Under the pieces are notes generated by a model that saw only the letters and a list, made by a program, of their open reading frames with translations, had not been told where the DNA came from and searched no databases. A stretch of 64,000 bases of DNA from Anaerolineales bacterium (GTDB lineage Bacteria; Chloroflexota; Anaerolineae; Anaerolineales; UBA11579). Every line of letters starts with the position of its first letter. Position 1 is the first letter of the stretch. Made by a program: the position numbers and the translations under genes. Below are positions 37,846 through 45,380 of the stretch, piece by piece. The stretch is taken from NCBI GenBank assembly GCA_026129305.1, contig JAHCII010000001.1, positions 90,270 to 154,269 of the forward strand. Reading direction: 5' to 3'.

Positions 37846-39324
37846 TCAGTGTATTCCCTCTTGCAGGTGGTGCCGTCCGTCATCTCCAGGCGTGTAATCC
37901 ATCAACCCTTGCGGCACATGCGGGTCGATCTCCAGTGCGCCAGAATCCATGGCTTCCCAGATGATCTCAAAAGGCGCCTTGCCTTGCTGCCATTTCTCCG
38001 CCATGACCACGCCGTGCCCGGGCAGCACGGTAAAAGCGATCTTGCGTGGGTCATCCGGGTTGAGCAATGACTCGGCCCGGCTGAAGGCGGCCTTGATGCC
38101 GCGCGCCTGAGCTTCGGTGGCGCACGAGACCAAATAGTGATAGTAAGGCGGGTCCAGCGGCACGTATTCCACTAGTTCCGGGTTGAAAGCCTTAACGCCG
38201 CGGTGTCCATGCAGCTTGGAGCGGATCACCGGCACTTCGGTCTTGACCCCGGCCACGGTCTCTTTGGAGATGCGCGGCAGGTGCTCGTCCATATCCATCA
38301 TCTCAACCGCCTCGGATGAGGGCGGGTCGTTGCGTTTGCCATCCACATGGCGCACCTGCGCGCCGGAACCATCCGGGCGCACGCCAATGATCACGGCCAG
38401 GTCATCGTCGGTCAGGCGGCCCTTGTGCACCGGGCGGGCGCTGCCGGTCACCGTGGCGATCAACGCATTCAGGCGCGGGTCCCAGGTGGCGAAGCAACCT
38501 TCGCTGTACTGCTTGGCGACACCTTCGTTGACCGCCGGCACTTGTACCAGGTCTTCGATGCGCACCATATCCGTAAAAAAGCCGCGCGCCCCGATCTCGT
38601 TGCCCGCCCGGCGCATGGCTTCCGGGCTGCTCAGTGCTTCCCACTCGGGGAACTTGATCTCGGGTTGGATCAATTCATGATTGGTGACCTCGGTCGTGCT
38701 TTCGGTGGTGACGATGCGCAGGACAATGTCGCTGTAAAAGGCCTCGGCCGAGGTGTTGTGGCTGGCCGGGTACGCGCCCACCAGGTCAAAGTGATAGACC
38801 CGCTCCGGGCGCTCATCGCCCACCAGCAGCAGGATGCGGATGCTCTTGGCTTGCGCTTGCAGCATGCGCGCCAGCGAGAGGATCGGCCCGCCGCGCAGCC
38901 CCTGCTCGATCAGCACCTTGTAGGCCGTGGGCGACAGGCCCTCGAACTGAAAATCTTCTGCTGCCGGCGTTTCTTTGCCCAGCGCAGTCTGGAAACGGTC
39001 CATCCATTCGTCGAACTGGGCCGGGCTGATCTGGATGATGTTATAGACCACCGGGGAGCGCTTGAGGCCAAACTTGCGGCGGGCGGTGAAGAACAAAGCC
39101 TCCCGCCAGGAGACCGATTCACCAAATGCCGCGGTGGTGAAGAGCACGTCAATATCTTCGGCAGGCGGATCGCTGACCTGGTGGCCCAGCGCGGCGAAGC
39201 GCTCCAGCAGTCCCTGGCGAAAGTCCTCCAGCAAGGGCGTCATCGGGCCGGGAGTGAAAGCCAAGCCAATCTTGCGCAACCAGGCATGGGTTGGATTGGG
39301 CAAAAGTGAAGTCGATACTTGCAT
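37846..39324 (-). CDS. Hypothetical protein, 492 aa, no recognisable domain
   Basis: Long ORF with coding-like composition. ATG at 39324 with AGAGG 8 nt upstream. I recognise no signal peptide, TM segment or catalytic motif. Confidence 0.6.
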   Translation of the reverse strand: MQVSTSLLPNPTHAWLRKIGLAFTPGPMTPLLEDFRQGLLERFAALGHQVSDPPAEDIDVLFTTAAFGESVSWREALFFTARRKFGLKRSPVVYNIIQISPAQFDEWMDRFQTALGKETPAAEDFQFEGLSPTAYKVLIEQGLRGGPILSLARMLQAQAKSIRILLLVGDERPERVYHFDLVGAYPASHNTSAEAFYSDIVLRIVTTESTTEVTNHELIQPEIKFPEWEALSSPEAMRRAGNEIGARGFFTDMVRIEDLVQVPAVNEGVAKQYSEGCFATWDPRLNALIATVTGSARPVHKGRLTDDDLAVIIGVRPDGSGAQVRHVDGKRNDPPSSEAVEMMDMDEHLPRISKETVAGVKTEVPVIRSKLHGHRGVKAFNPELVEYVPLDPPYYHYLVSCATEAQARGIKAAFSRAESLLNPDDPRKIAFTVLPGHGVVMAEKWQQGKAPFEIIWEAMDSGALEIDPHVPQGLMDYTPGDDGRHHLQEGIH

Positions 39325-39441
39325 AACCAATACCTCTATAAGCAGTTTCGATTAACTATAATAACCGGGTGAAAGCAAAAAGCAACCAACACAGTTGCAC
39401 AACTGTGAATGTTACAATCCCGCTCAGAAAGCGAAAGAACT

Positions 39442-39630
39442 ATGCCCAACCAAGAACTTGACATCACTTCCGTTTCCTCCAACCCTGAATCCGACGGCCG
39501 CCGCGGCCTGCGCATCGTGCTGTGGTTCATCGCCGGTGCGCTGATCTTCTCCGCCCTATGCTGCCTGTGCACGCTGGTCGTGGCCTGGTTTGGCGGCGAC
39601 TACATCATCGACTTCCTGCGCAGCTACTAA
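39442..39630 (+). CDS. Small (62-aa) single-pass membrane protein
   Basis: ATG at 39442. Hydrophobic 'IVLWFIAGALIFSALCCLCTLVVAWF'. Followed immediately by a very strong hairpin. Coding status is plausible but unproven. Confidence 0.45.
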   Translation: MPNQELDITSVSSNPESDGRRGLRIVLWFIAGALIFSALCCLCTLVVAWFGGDYIIDFLRSY

Positions 39631-39633
39631 GCG

Positions 39634-39692
39634 CCCAAACCCAATCAAAAAGACCCGGACAGTTTGTCCGGGTCTTTTTGATTGGGTTTGGG
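39634..39692. terminator. Perfect 28-bp stem hairpin (bidirectional terminator-like)
   Basis: 'CCCAAACCCAATCAAAAAGACCCGGACA-gtt-TGTCCGGGTCTTTTTGATTGGGTTTGGG'. The inner part (GACCCGGAC/GTCCGGGTC plus T-run) is a canonical terminator on both strands. Confidence 0.8.
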
Positions 39693-39729
39693 CACATCTT
39701 GGGGACGAAGTCAGAGCAGACACACGTAG

Positions 39730-39749
39730 GGGCGAGGCATGCCTCGCCC
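39730..39749. repeat. REP-like 20-nt perfect palindrome GGGCGAGGCATGCCTCGCCC (GTAGGGG-capped family)
   Basis: Read directly: 'cgTAGGGGCGAGGCATGCCTCGCCCTGca'. It shares the GTAGGGGCG head with the element at 8254. Confidence 0.6.
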
Positions 39750-39765
39750 TGCATAAGCCGAACTG

Positions 39766-40227
39766 CTACAAACGCTTGCGGAAGCGTGCAGCAAACTCCG
39801 CCTGCAGCTGGGCCAGGCCACCCAACGCCAACTGGCGCTCGTCTGGCGCACAGTCCAGCGCGGCGAATTCGTCCTCGTCCAGGACAAATTGGCGCCCATC
39901 CGGGTAAACCAGCAGATCCAGGGCGAAGTCACGGAAGGCCAGCTCGCCGGGGCGCAGCACGGCAGGGGCAGACACGTTGCAATACCAGCCTTTGAGGTGG
40001 TCGTCTTGCGGGTCGCGAATTTCAAAGATGTTGAACCAACGATCCAAATAGTAGGTTTCCAAAAAACGGTCACCCTGGTTCAATTGAATATCCATCAGTT
40101 TGCCGCTCTCGGCGTTAAAGGCCGCTTCGATCAGCACTTGGTTCGATGCTTCAGAGAGCAGTTTCCCTTGCCACTGGTAGAGCAGTTCGCCAGCCGGATT
40201 TTGTTTGAGCACCGTGATCTCAGTCAT
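39766..40227 (-). CDS. DUF402-domain protein (FomD/Ntdp-like nucleotide phosphohydrolase fold)
   Basis: ATG at 40227, overlapping the upstream ATPase gene by 8 nt. 'YYLDRWFNIFEI', 'WYCNVSAP' and 'DLLVYPDGRQFVLDEDEF', characteristic of DUF402. Confidence 0.7.
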   Translation of the reverse strand: MTEITVLKQNPAGELLYQWQGKLLSEASNQVLIEAAFNAESGKLMDIQLNQGDRFLETYYLDRWFNIFEIRDPQDDHLKGWYCNVSAPAVLRPGELAFRDFALDLLVYPDGRQFVLDEDEFAALDCAPDERQLALGGLAQLQAEFAARFRKRL

Positions 40228-41251
40228 GGGGCAAGACCTGGATCGCTTCCACCGGGTCAAAGCTCAGGCTGAGCGGCTGGCCCAGAGGGGGCAGATTCAC
40301 TTTAGAGGGCAATTCAATGGTCAGCCGCGTTTCACCCACGCTGATTTCGGCCTGCAGCTGGCTGCCGCGGAACTGCTTGCCCACCAGTTCGCCGCGCAGT
40401 TGGGCCGGGCCGTGCTCACCCAGCGCAAAAGCGTCCGGCCGGAAGAGCGCCATCACCGGGCCGGGCGCCGCGCCGGAGGGCGCCGGGAAGCGGCCCAACG
40501 GCGTTTGCAAAACAGCATCGTCGCCGAGCTCGCCTGGCAGCAGGTTGCTGAGGCCCAGGAAACGGGCCACGAAGGCCGAAGCCGGTTGGCGGTAGAGCTG
40601 CTCCGGTGCGGCCACCTGGGCCAGTTCACCGGCGTTAAGCAGCCCGGCCCGGTCGGCTACGGCATAAGCTTCTTCCTGGTCGTGCGTCACATAAATGCTG
40701 GTCTGGTCGGCGGCGTGCAGGATGGCCGCCAGGTCGCCCTGCAGGCGAGCCCGCAGGGCGCGGTCCAGCGAGCCCAGAGGCTCGTCCAGCATCAGCAGAC
40801 GCGGCTGCGGAGCCAGGGCGCGTGCCAGGGCCACGCGCTGCTGCTCGCCGCCGGAGAGCGCGGTGACCTCGCGGCGTTCGAACCCGCCCAGGCCGACCAA
40901 CGCCAACATCTCGGCCACCCGCCGTTCGACGCGCCCCGGCCGCCAGCCGGCCATTTGCAGGCCAAAGGCCACGTTGCCCGCCACATTGCGGTGCGGGAAC
41001 AAGGCGAAGTCCTGGAACATCAGCCCGAAGCCGCGGCGGTGTGGGGGCACTTCGGTCAAATCCGCCCCATCCCACAGCACGCGGCCCTGGTCCGGCGTTT
41101 CCAGGCCGGCAATAATATTCAGCAGGGTGGATTTGCCGCTGCCGCTCGGCCCCAGCAAGGCCAGTACTTCACCAGTGTCCACCTGCAGGTCAATGCCTTG
41201 CAGCACGGGCACACCGTTATAAGCCTTGTGGATGTTCTCCAAGTTCAACAT
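40220..41251 (-). CDS. thiQ: ABC transporter ATP-binding protein (thiamine/iron(III)-type importer ATPase with C-terminal regulatory domain)
   Basis: ATG at 41251. Walker A 'GPSGSGKST', signature 'LSGGEQQRVALARAL', Walker B 'LLMLDEP'. The 5' 312 codons of listed ORF 40220..42187 overlap thiP out of frame and are rejected. Confidence 0.85.
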   Translation of the reverse strand: MLNLENIHKAYNGVPVLQGIDLQVDTGEVLALLGPSGSGKSTLLNIIAGLETPDQGRVLWDGADLTEVPPHRRGFGLMFQDFALFPHRNVAGNVAFGLQMAGWRPGRVERRVAEMLALVGLGGFERREVTALSGGEQQRVALARALAPQPRLLMLDEPLGSLDRALRARLQGDLAAILHAADQTSIYVTHDQEEAYAVADRAGLLNAGELAQVAAPEQLYRQPASAFVARFLGLSNLLPGELGDDAVLQTPLGRFPAPSGAAPGPVMALFRPDAFALGEHGPAQLRGELVGKQFRGSQLQAEISVGETRLTIELPSKVNLPPLGQPLSLSFDPVEAIQVLPHD

Positions 41252-41253
41252 GC

Positions 41254-42969
41254 TCAGAATTCTCCCACATCGGCAATGCGCAGGCGTTCGATCAGCAGCA
41301 TGCCAACCCCGGTGAACAGCATCAGCAGGGTGCTGAGGGCCATCGCCTGCCCATAGGTTTGCGCGCCAGGTTGGCCCAGCAAGCGGAAGATCAGCACCGG
41401 GATGGTGGGGTATTCCGGCCGGGCGATCAGCGCGCTGGCGCCAAATTCCCCGACCGAGACGGCGAAGGCAAACAGAGCCGAGACCAGCAGGGCACGGCCC
41501 ACCAGCGGCAGGTCCACATGGCGCAGCACCTGGCCCGGGTCGGCGCCCAGCATGGCCGCCGCCTGGCGCAGCCGCGGCCGGATGCTGCGCAGCGCCGGGG
41601 TCAGGCTGCGCACCACAAAGGGCAACGCCACCAGGCTGTGGGCCAGCGGCACCAGCAGCGGTGAGGTGCGCAGGTCCAGCGGCGGCCGGTTGAGCGCCAC
41701 AATGAATCCCAACCCTAGCGTCACGGCCGAGGTACCCAGCGGCAGCATCAGCAGCGGATCCAGCAGCCGGCTGCCCAGGTCCTGCTGGCGGGTGGCCAGC
41801 AGCCAGGCCGCCGGCAGCCCCACCGCCAGCGAAACCAGGATGGTGCCGCCGGCGTACAACAGCGAAGTTTGGATCGCTTGGGAGGGAGTGGCGAAGAAGA
41901 TGTTGTCGCGCGGGTCCTCGCCCAGGCTGCGGTAATAGTCCAGCGTCAGACCGCCACCCTGCACCTGGGTCTGGCCGCGCTCCGGCGTCAGCCGAGAGAT
42001 GGAACGCAGACCCAGGCCCAGCAACGGGGACAAGAAGAAGGCCACCAACACGGCCAGGTACAGCCCGGCCAACAGACGCCCGCCGGCGCCCAACCGGCGC
42101 GGCGCGGCGCGCGTAGAAGCCAGCTCCAGCGGGCGAGAAAGCCGGGCGGACAAGCGCGTGTACAGCGCGGTCAGCGCCAGCGTGCACAGCAGCTGCAGCA
42201 GCGCCAGCACGGCGGCCACCGGCAGATTAAACAAGGCGGTGGTTTGGTAATAGATCTCAGTTTCCAGTGTGGCAAAGCGCGGCCCGCCCAGCACCAGCAC
42301 CACCCCAAACGAGGTGAAATTGAAGATAAAGACCAGCAGAGCCGCGGCGGCCAGCGCCGGGGCCAGCAGCGGCAGGCTTATGCGCAAGAAGACCTGCCAG
42401 GGCGCGGCCCCCAGGCTGCGGGCGGCTTGTTCGATGCGCGGGTTGAGCCGCCCCCAAAAGTCGCCCACCAAACGCAGCACGATGGTGGCGTTGTAAAAGA
42501 CATGCGCCACCAGGATCGCCCCGAAAGTATTGACGAATTGCAGCGGAGGAGCCGGGAGTTGGAACAAGCTCATGGCGGCCTGGTTGACCCAGCCGCGCGG
42601 CCCCAGCAGGGCATCAAAGGCGGCGGCCACCACCAGCGTGGGCAGCACAAAAGGGATGCCGCTCAGAGCGCGCAGCAGGCTCTTGCCGCGGAGCTGGTAG
42701 CGAGCCAGCAGCCAGGCCGCGGGCAGCCCCACCGCCAAGGTCAGCAGCGTGGACAACGTAGCCTGCCAGAAGGTAAAGCCCAGCACGCTGCGTTGTGCAG
42801 GGCTGCCCAGCACGGCGGCCACAGCCTGCCCCAGCCCGCCGCCGCGCTGCAGGCTGAGGGTCAGGATGCTGCCCAACGGATAAAAATAGAAGAGGGCCAG
42901 AAAAACCAGCGGCAGCAGCCAGAGCAAAGCCAGCAGGGCTTTGCGCGGCGGCTTCACCGCAGCGTCCAT
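41254..42969 (-). CDS. thiP: Two-domain ABC permease (ThiP/FbpB-like)
   Basis: 571 aa, duplicated 6-TM permease module, with EAA-like loops 'EQAARSLGAAPWQVF' and 'RQAAAMLGADPGQVL'. Confidence 0.85.
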   Translation of the reverse strand: MDAAVKPPRKALLALLWLLPLVFLALFYFYPLGSILTLSLQRGGGLGQAVAAVLGSPAQRSVLGFTFWQATLSTLLTLAVGLPAAWLLARYQLRGKSLLRALSGIPFVLPTLVVAAAFDALLGPRGWVNQAAMSLFQLPAPPLQFVNTFGAILVAHVFYNATIVLRLVGDFWGRLNPRIEQAARSLGAAPWQVFLRISLPLLAPALAAAALLVFIFNFTSFGVVLVLGGPRFATLETEIYYQTTALFNLPVAAVLALLQLLCTLALTALYTRLSARLSRPLELASTRAAPRRLGAGGRLLAGLYLAVLVAFFLSPLLGLGLRSISRLTPERGQTQVQGGGLTLDYYRSLGEDPRDNIFFATPSQAIQTSLLYAGGTILVSLAVGLPAAWLLATRQQDLGSRLLDPLLMLPLGTSAVTLGLGFIVALNRPPLDLRTSPLLVPLAHSLVALPFVVRSLTPALRSIRPRLRQAAAMLGADPGQVLRHVDLPLVGRALLVSALFAFAVSVGEFGASALIARPEYPTIPVLIFRLLGQPGAQTYGQAMALSTLLMLFTGVGMLLIERLRIADVGEF

Positions 42970-43421
42970 CGCGTAGCGGTGCGCGGGAAATCTTGCTCGC
43001 GCCAGGCGAAGGCCTGCCCGATCCGCAAGCTATACACCTGCCCGCCCAAGATCGAGACCTGGTATTTCTGCTGATAGGCCTGATCCAGCTCTTGCAGCAG
43101 ATCAGCCTCGGCTACCGTCTCGATCTGCCCCTCCAGAATCACGACCTCATCGCCGCTTTCCAAGTGCAGGCTGACCGAGGGATTGGCGGCCAAGTTGCGG
43201 CCCTTGCGAGAGCTGGTGCCACTGCTGAAGTAGAAATTGCCCTTATGCCACACGCCCCACACCGGGGCGGCATGCGGACGGTTTTTGGCCGCAGTGATCA
43301 ACCAGTAGTTGCGGGCCGCACCCATGCGCTCTTCAATATACGACCAGGGCAGCAGGCCAGCTTCATCTCTGGCAATACCATAGCCCGGCATATACGGACG
43401 CGTGGCTTTAGGCTGAGTCAT
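42954..43421 (-). CDS. Pyridoxamine 5'-phosphate oxidase-like (FMN/F420 split-barrel) family protein
   Basis: 155 aa with 'NYWLITAAKNRPHAAPVWGVWHKGNFYFSS' and 'NPSVSLHLESGDEVVILEG', typical of PNPOx-like proteins. Overlaps the thiP start by 16 nt. Confidence 0.7.
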   Translation of the reverse strand: MTQPKATRPYMPGYGIARDEAGLLPWSYIEERMGAARNYWLITAAKNRPHAAPVWGVWHKGNFYFSSGTSSRKGRNLAANPSVSLHLESGDEVVILEGQIETVAEADLLQELDQAYQQKYQVSILGGQVYSLRIGQAFAWREQDFPRTATRWTLR

Positions 43422-43430
43422 AGCTTCAGT

Positions 43431-44471
43431 TTATCGCAATACCGCATCGGTCCAGGCTGCCACCCATGCTTCGCGGTGGGCCGCAATCGCCTCAGGACTG
43501 ACCAGGATCGGCTGCTGGGGCACCTCCAGGAAATCCACGAAGACATCAGCCAGCTGGGCGTTGGGGTTGACCGGGAAGACGAACATTTGCAGCGGCAAAT
43601 CTTCCTGGAAGGTGGGCGAGAGCATAAAGTCCACCCAGGCCTCGGCCAGGGCGCGCTGTTGGGTGCCGCGCAGGATGCCGACGAACTCGATCTGACGGAA
43701 GCAGGTGTCGTCCGCCACCAGCGCAGCGGTCACCGGGCGCTCCAGCGGCTCCTCGGCGAAGATCAGGTCTACTGGTGGGCTGGAAGCGTAAGAGACCACA
43801 ATCGGCCGCCCCCCGCCCCAGCGACTGAATTCGGTATAGAAGGCCGTGTCCCAGTCGCTGACCACGCGCAGGTCATTGGCCACCAAGCCGCGCCAAAAGT
43901 CCAGGTAACCCTCCTCGCCAAAGTGGCCGATGGTGGTCAGCAGGAAAGCCAGGCCCGGCGAAGAGCTGGCTGGGTTTTGCACCACCAGCAAACCAGCATA
44001 TTCCGGTTTGAGCAGGTCTTCGAGACTGGCCGGGGGCTCAAGGTTATTTTCCTCAAAATAAGCAATATCGTAGTTGAGGCACACGTCACCATAGTCCACC
44101 GGCAAGGCCCCGTTATGCGGGTCGAGCTTGAAGTGGTCGGGAATCTCGGCCAGCACAGGCGAATCGTACGGCTCAAAGATGTCGCCCTCCAGCGCCCGGC
44201 TGAGGAAGGTGTTGTCCACGCCGTAGAAGACATCCGCCAGCGGCGCGCCAGCAGCCAGCACAGCCTGGTTGGTCGCAGAGCCAGCGTCGCCCACCTTGAG
44301 GAAGACGACCTCGGCGTTGTGCTGCTGCTCGAAAGCGGTGACCACCGCTTCAGAGACCGCAAACGAATCATGGGTCATCACAGTCAACGTGTCCGGGCCA
44401 TCCTGAGCCGCCGGGGCACAGGCCGCCAGCAGCAAGGCAAACAGGGTTAAAGCAAACAGTCGGGGTCTCAT
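43431..44471 (-). CDS. thiB: Thiamine ABC transporter substrate-binding lipoprotein (ThiB/TbpA-like)
   Basis: Lipobox 'LFALLLAAC'. 'LTVMTHDSF....FE......V.F' and 'ADVFYGVDNTFLSRA' align by eye with E. coli TbpA ('LTVYTYDSF', 'ADVVLGLDNNLL'). ATGA overlap with the thiN stop. Confidence 0.8.
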   Translation of the reverse strand: MRPRLFALTLFALLLAACAPAAQDGPDTLTVMTHDSFAVSEAVVTAFEQQHNAEVVFLKVGDAGSATNQAVLAAGAPLADVFYGVDNTFLSRALEGDIFEPYDSPVLAEIPDHFKLDPHNGALPVDYGDVCLNYDIAYFEENNLEPPASLEDLLKPEYAGLLVVQNPASSSPGLAFLLTTIGHFGEEGYLDFWRGLVANDLRVVSDWDTAFYTEFSRWGGGRPIVVSYASSPPVDLIFAEEPLERPVTAALVADDTCFRQIEFVGILRGTQQRALAEAWVDFMLSPTFQEDLPLQMFVFPVNPNAQLADVFVDFLEVPQQPILVSPEAIAAHREAWVAAWTDAVLR

Positions 44472-45127
44472 AGCTCTCCTGGTATCTCTGAATCAGGGGT
44501 GGAAAGAATGCACAACAACGTGCCGCCCGCCAGCTCGACCCGCGGCCGGGGGCCGGCCACCAGGTTGCTGACGCCGCGGCTGCTGCCGAGTGGCAGGGTT
44601 TCATCCACCAATGGGTAAACCAGCTCGTGCGTAGTCACGCCGCGCGCATCGCCGCCCAGAGGCAACAGCGAGACGCGTTCGCCAGGCCGGGCATCCAGAT
44701 CCTGCCCACCGCGAATGGGGAACAGCCGTTGGTCGCCATGCAGGAAAAGGATCGACAAGTCAGCGAACTGTTCCTGGGCGACCAGCAGCAAGTTGGCCAG
44801 GCTGTGGTCCCAGCGGCCACCCAGACCAGCCAGCACAACCACTTCGCCGGCACCCGCCTGCTCAGCCGCCTGCAGGGCAAGCTCCAGGTCGGTCTGGTCC
44901 TTCTCCGCCGGGTGGCGTTGCAGCTGCGCGCCGCGGGCTTGCAGTTCGGCCTGCTCTGTCTGGCTGAGTGAATCCATGTCACCCACCAGCAGATGCGGAG
45001 CCAAACCCAAGCGCAGACAATGGCGGCCGCCGCCGTCAGCGGCGATCAGCAAACCCGCCGCGTCCAGCCGCGCCTGCAAGTCGGGCGGTGGGGAAAATTC
45101 TCCATTGGCGAAGATGACTGCGATCAA
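44468..45127 (-). CDS. thiN: Thiamine diphosphokinase (TPK)
   Basis: 'VIFANGEF', 'IAADGG' and 'GDMDSL' motifs. Start placed at TTG 45127, 8 nt after GGAGG. The track's TTG at 45133 is only 2 nt from the SD and sits in the terminator U-tract. Confidence 0.8.
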   Translation of the reverse strand: MIAVIFANGEFSPPPDLQARLDAAGLLIAADGGGRHCLRLGLAPHLLVGDMDSLSQTEQAELQARGAQLQRHPAEKDQTDLELALQAAEQAGAGEVVVLAGLGGRWDHSLANLLLVAQEQFADLSILFLHGDQRLFPIRGGQDLDARPGERVSLLPLGGDARGVTTHELVYPLVDETLPLGSSRGVSNLVAGPRPRVELAGGTLLCILSTPDSEIPGEL

Positions 45128-45156
45128 AAACAAAACCTCCGGTGGGCAGCCGGAGG
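45125..45156 (-). terminator. Expression-platform terminator of the TPP riboswitch (3' arm contains the thiN SD)
   Basis: Minus strand reads CCUCCGG-cugccca-CCGGAGG-UUUUGUUUUUG. The 5' arm CCUCCG can alternatively pair with CGGAGG in the aptamer 3' end. Confidence 0.75.
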
Positions 45157-45170
45157 TGGGAGCGCGTCAC

Positions 45171-45308
45171 GCTAAGCAATTCCTCCGCCGGCATTACCCG
45201 GATCAGGTCTCCCAGGTCCAGCCTGGGTGCGGGTCGTGGCGTATGTCCCGGCTCTGCCGGAAACATGTGCCACCTCTCAGCCAACGCGGGTCAGCTATTT
45301 GGCTTAGC
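45171..45308 (-). promoter_or_regulatory. TPP (THI-box) riboswitch aptamer
   Basis: On the minus strand, P1 is GCUAAGC...GCUUAGC. Conserved 'GGCUGAGA' is followed by a long P3 stem (GGUGGC...GCCAC), then 'GACCC', then 'ACCUGAUCCGGGUAAUGCCGGCGGAGGAA', which matches the THI-box core ACCUGAUCnGGnUAAUnCCnGCG. It sits directly upstream of the thiamine kinase/transport genes. Confidence 0.85.
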
Positions 45309-45380
45309 CAAAATGCTTGACACGCAAGCTCCCCGTGCAACTAAATTGTCTTACAAGTATAGGAGGCCAACAGGCGAACG

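Noticed and set aside
41251-42187. 5' extension of ORF 40220..42187 (655 aa), and plus-strand ORFs 41869..43074 and 42993..44450
   Set aside because: The extension overlaps the thiP permease in another frame and is Ala/Gly/Pro/Arg-rich. The ABC ATPase domain starts cleanly at ATG 41251, 2 nt after the thiP stop. The plus-strand ORFs are antisense shadows of thiP and thiB.
45301-45380. Promoter for the TPP-riboswitch operon
   Set aside because: I found only weak hexamer candidates on the minus strand, for example TTGCAC-17-AGCATT. The TTGACA at 45316-45321 is on the wrong strand. There is not enough support to annotate a promoter.
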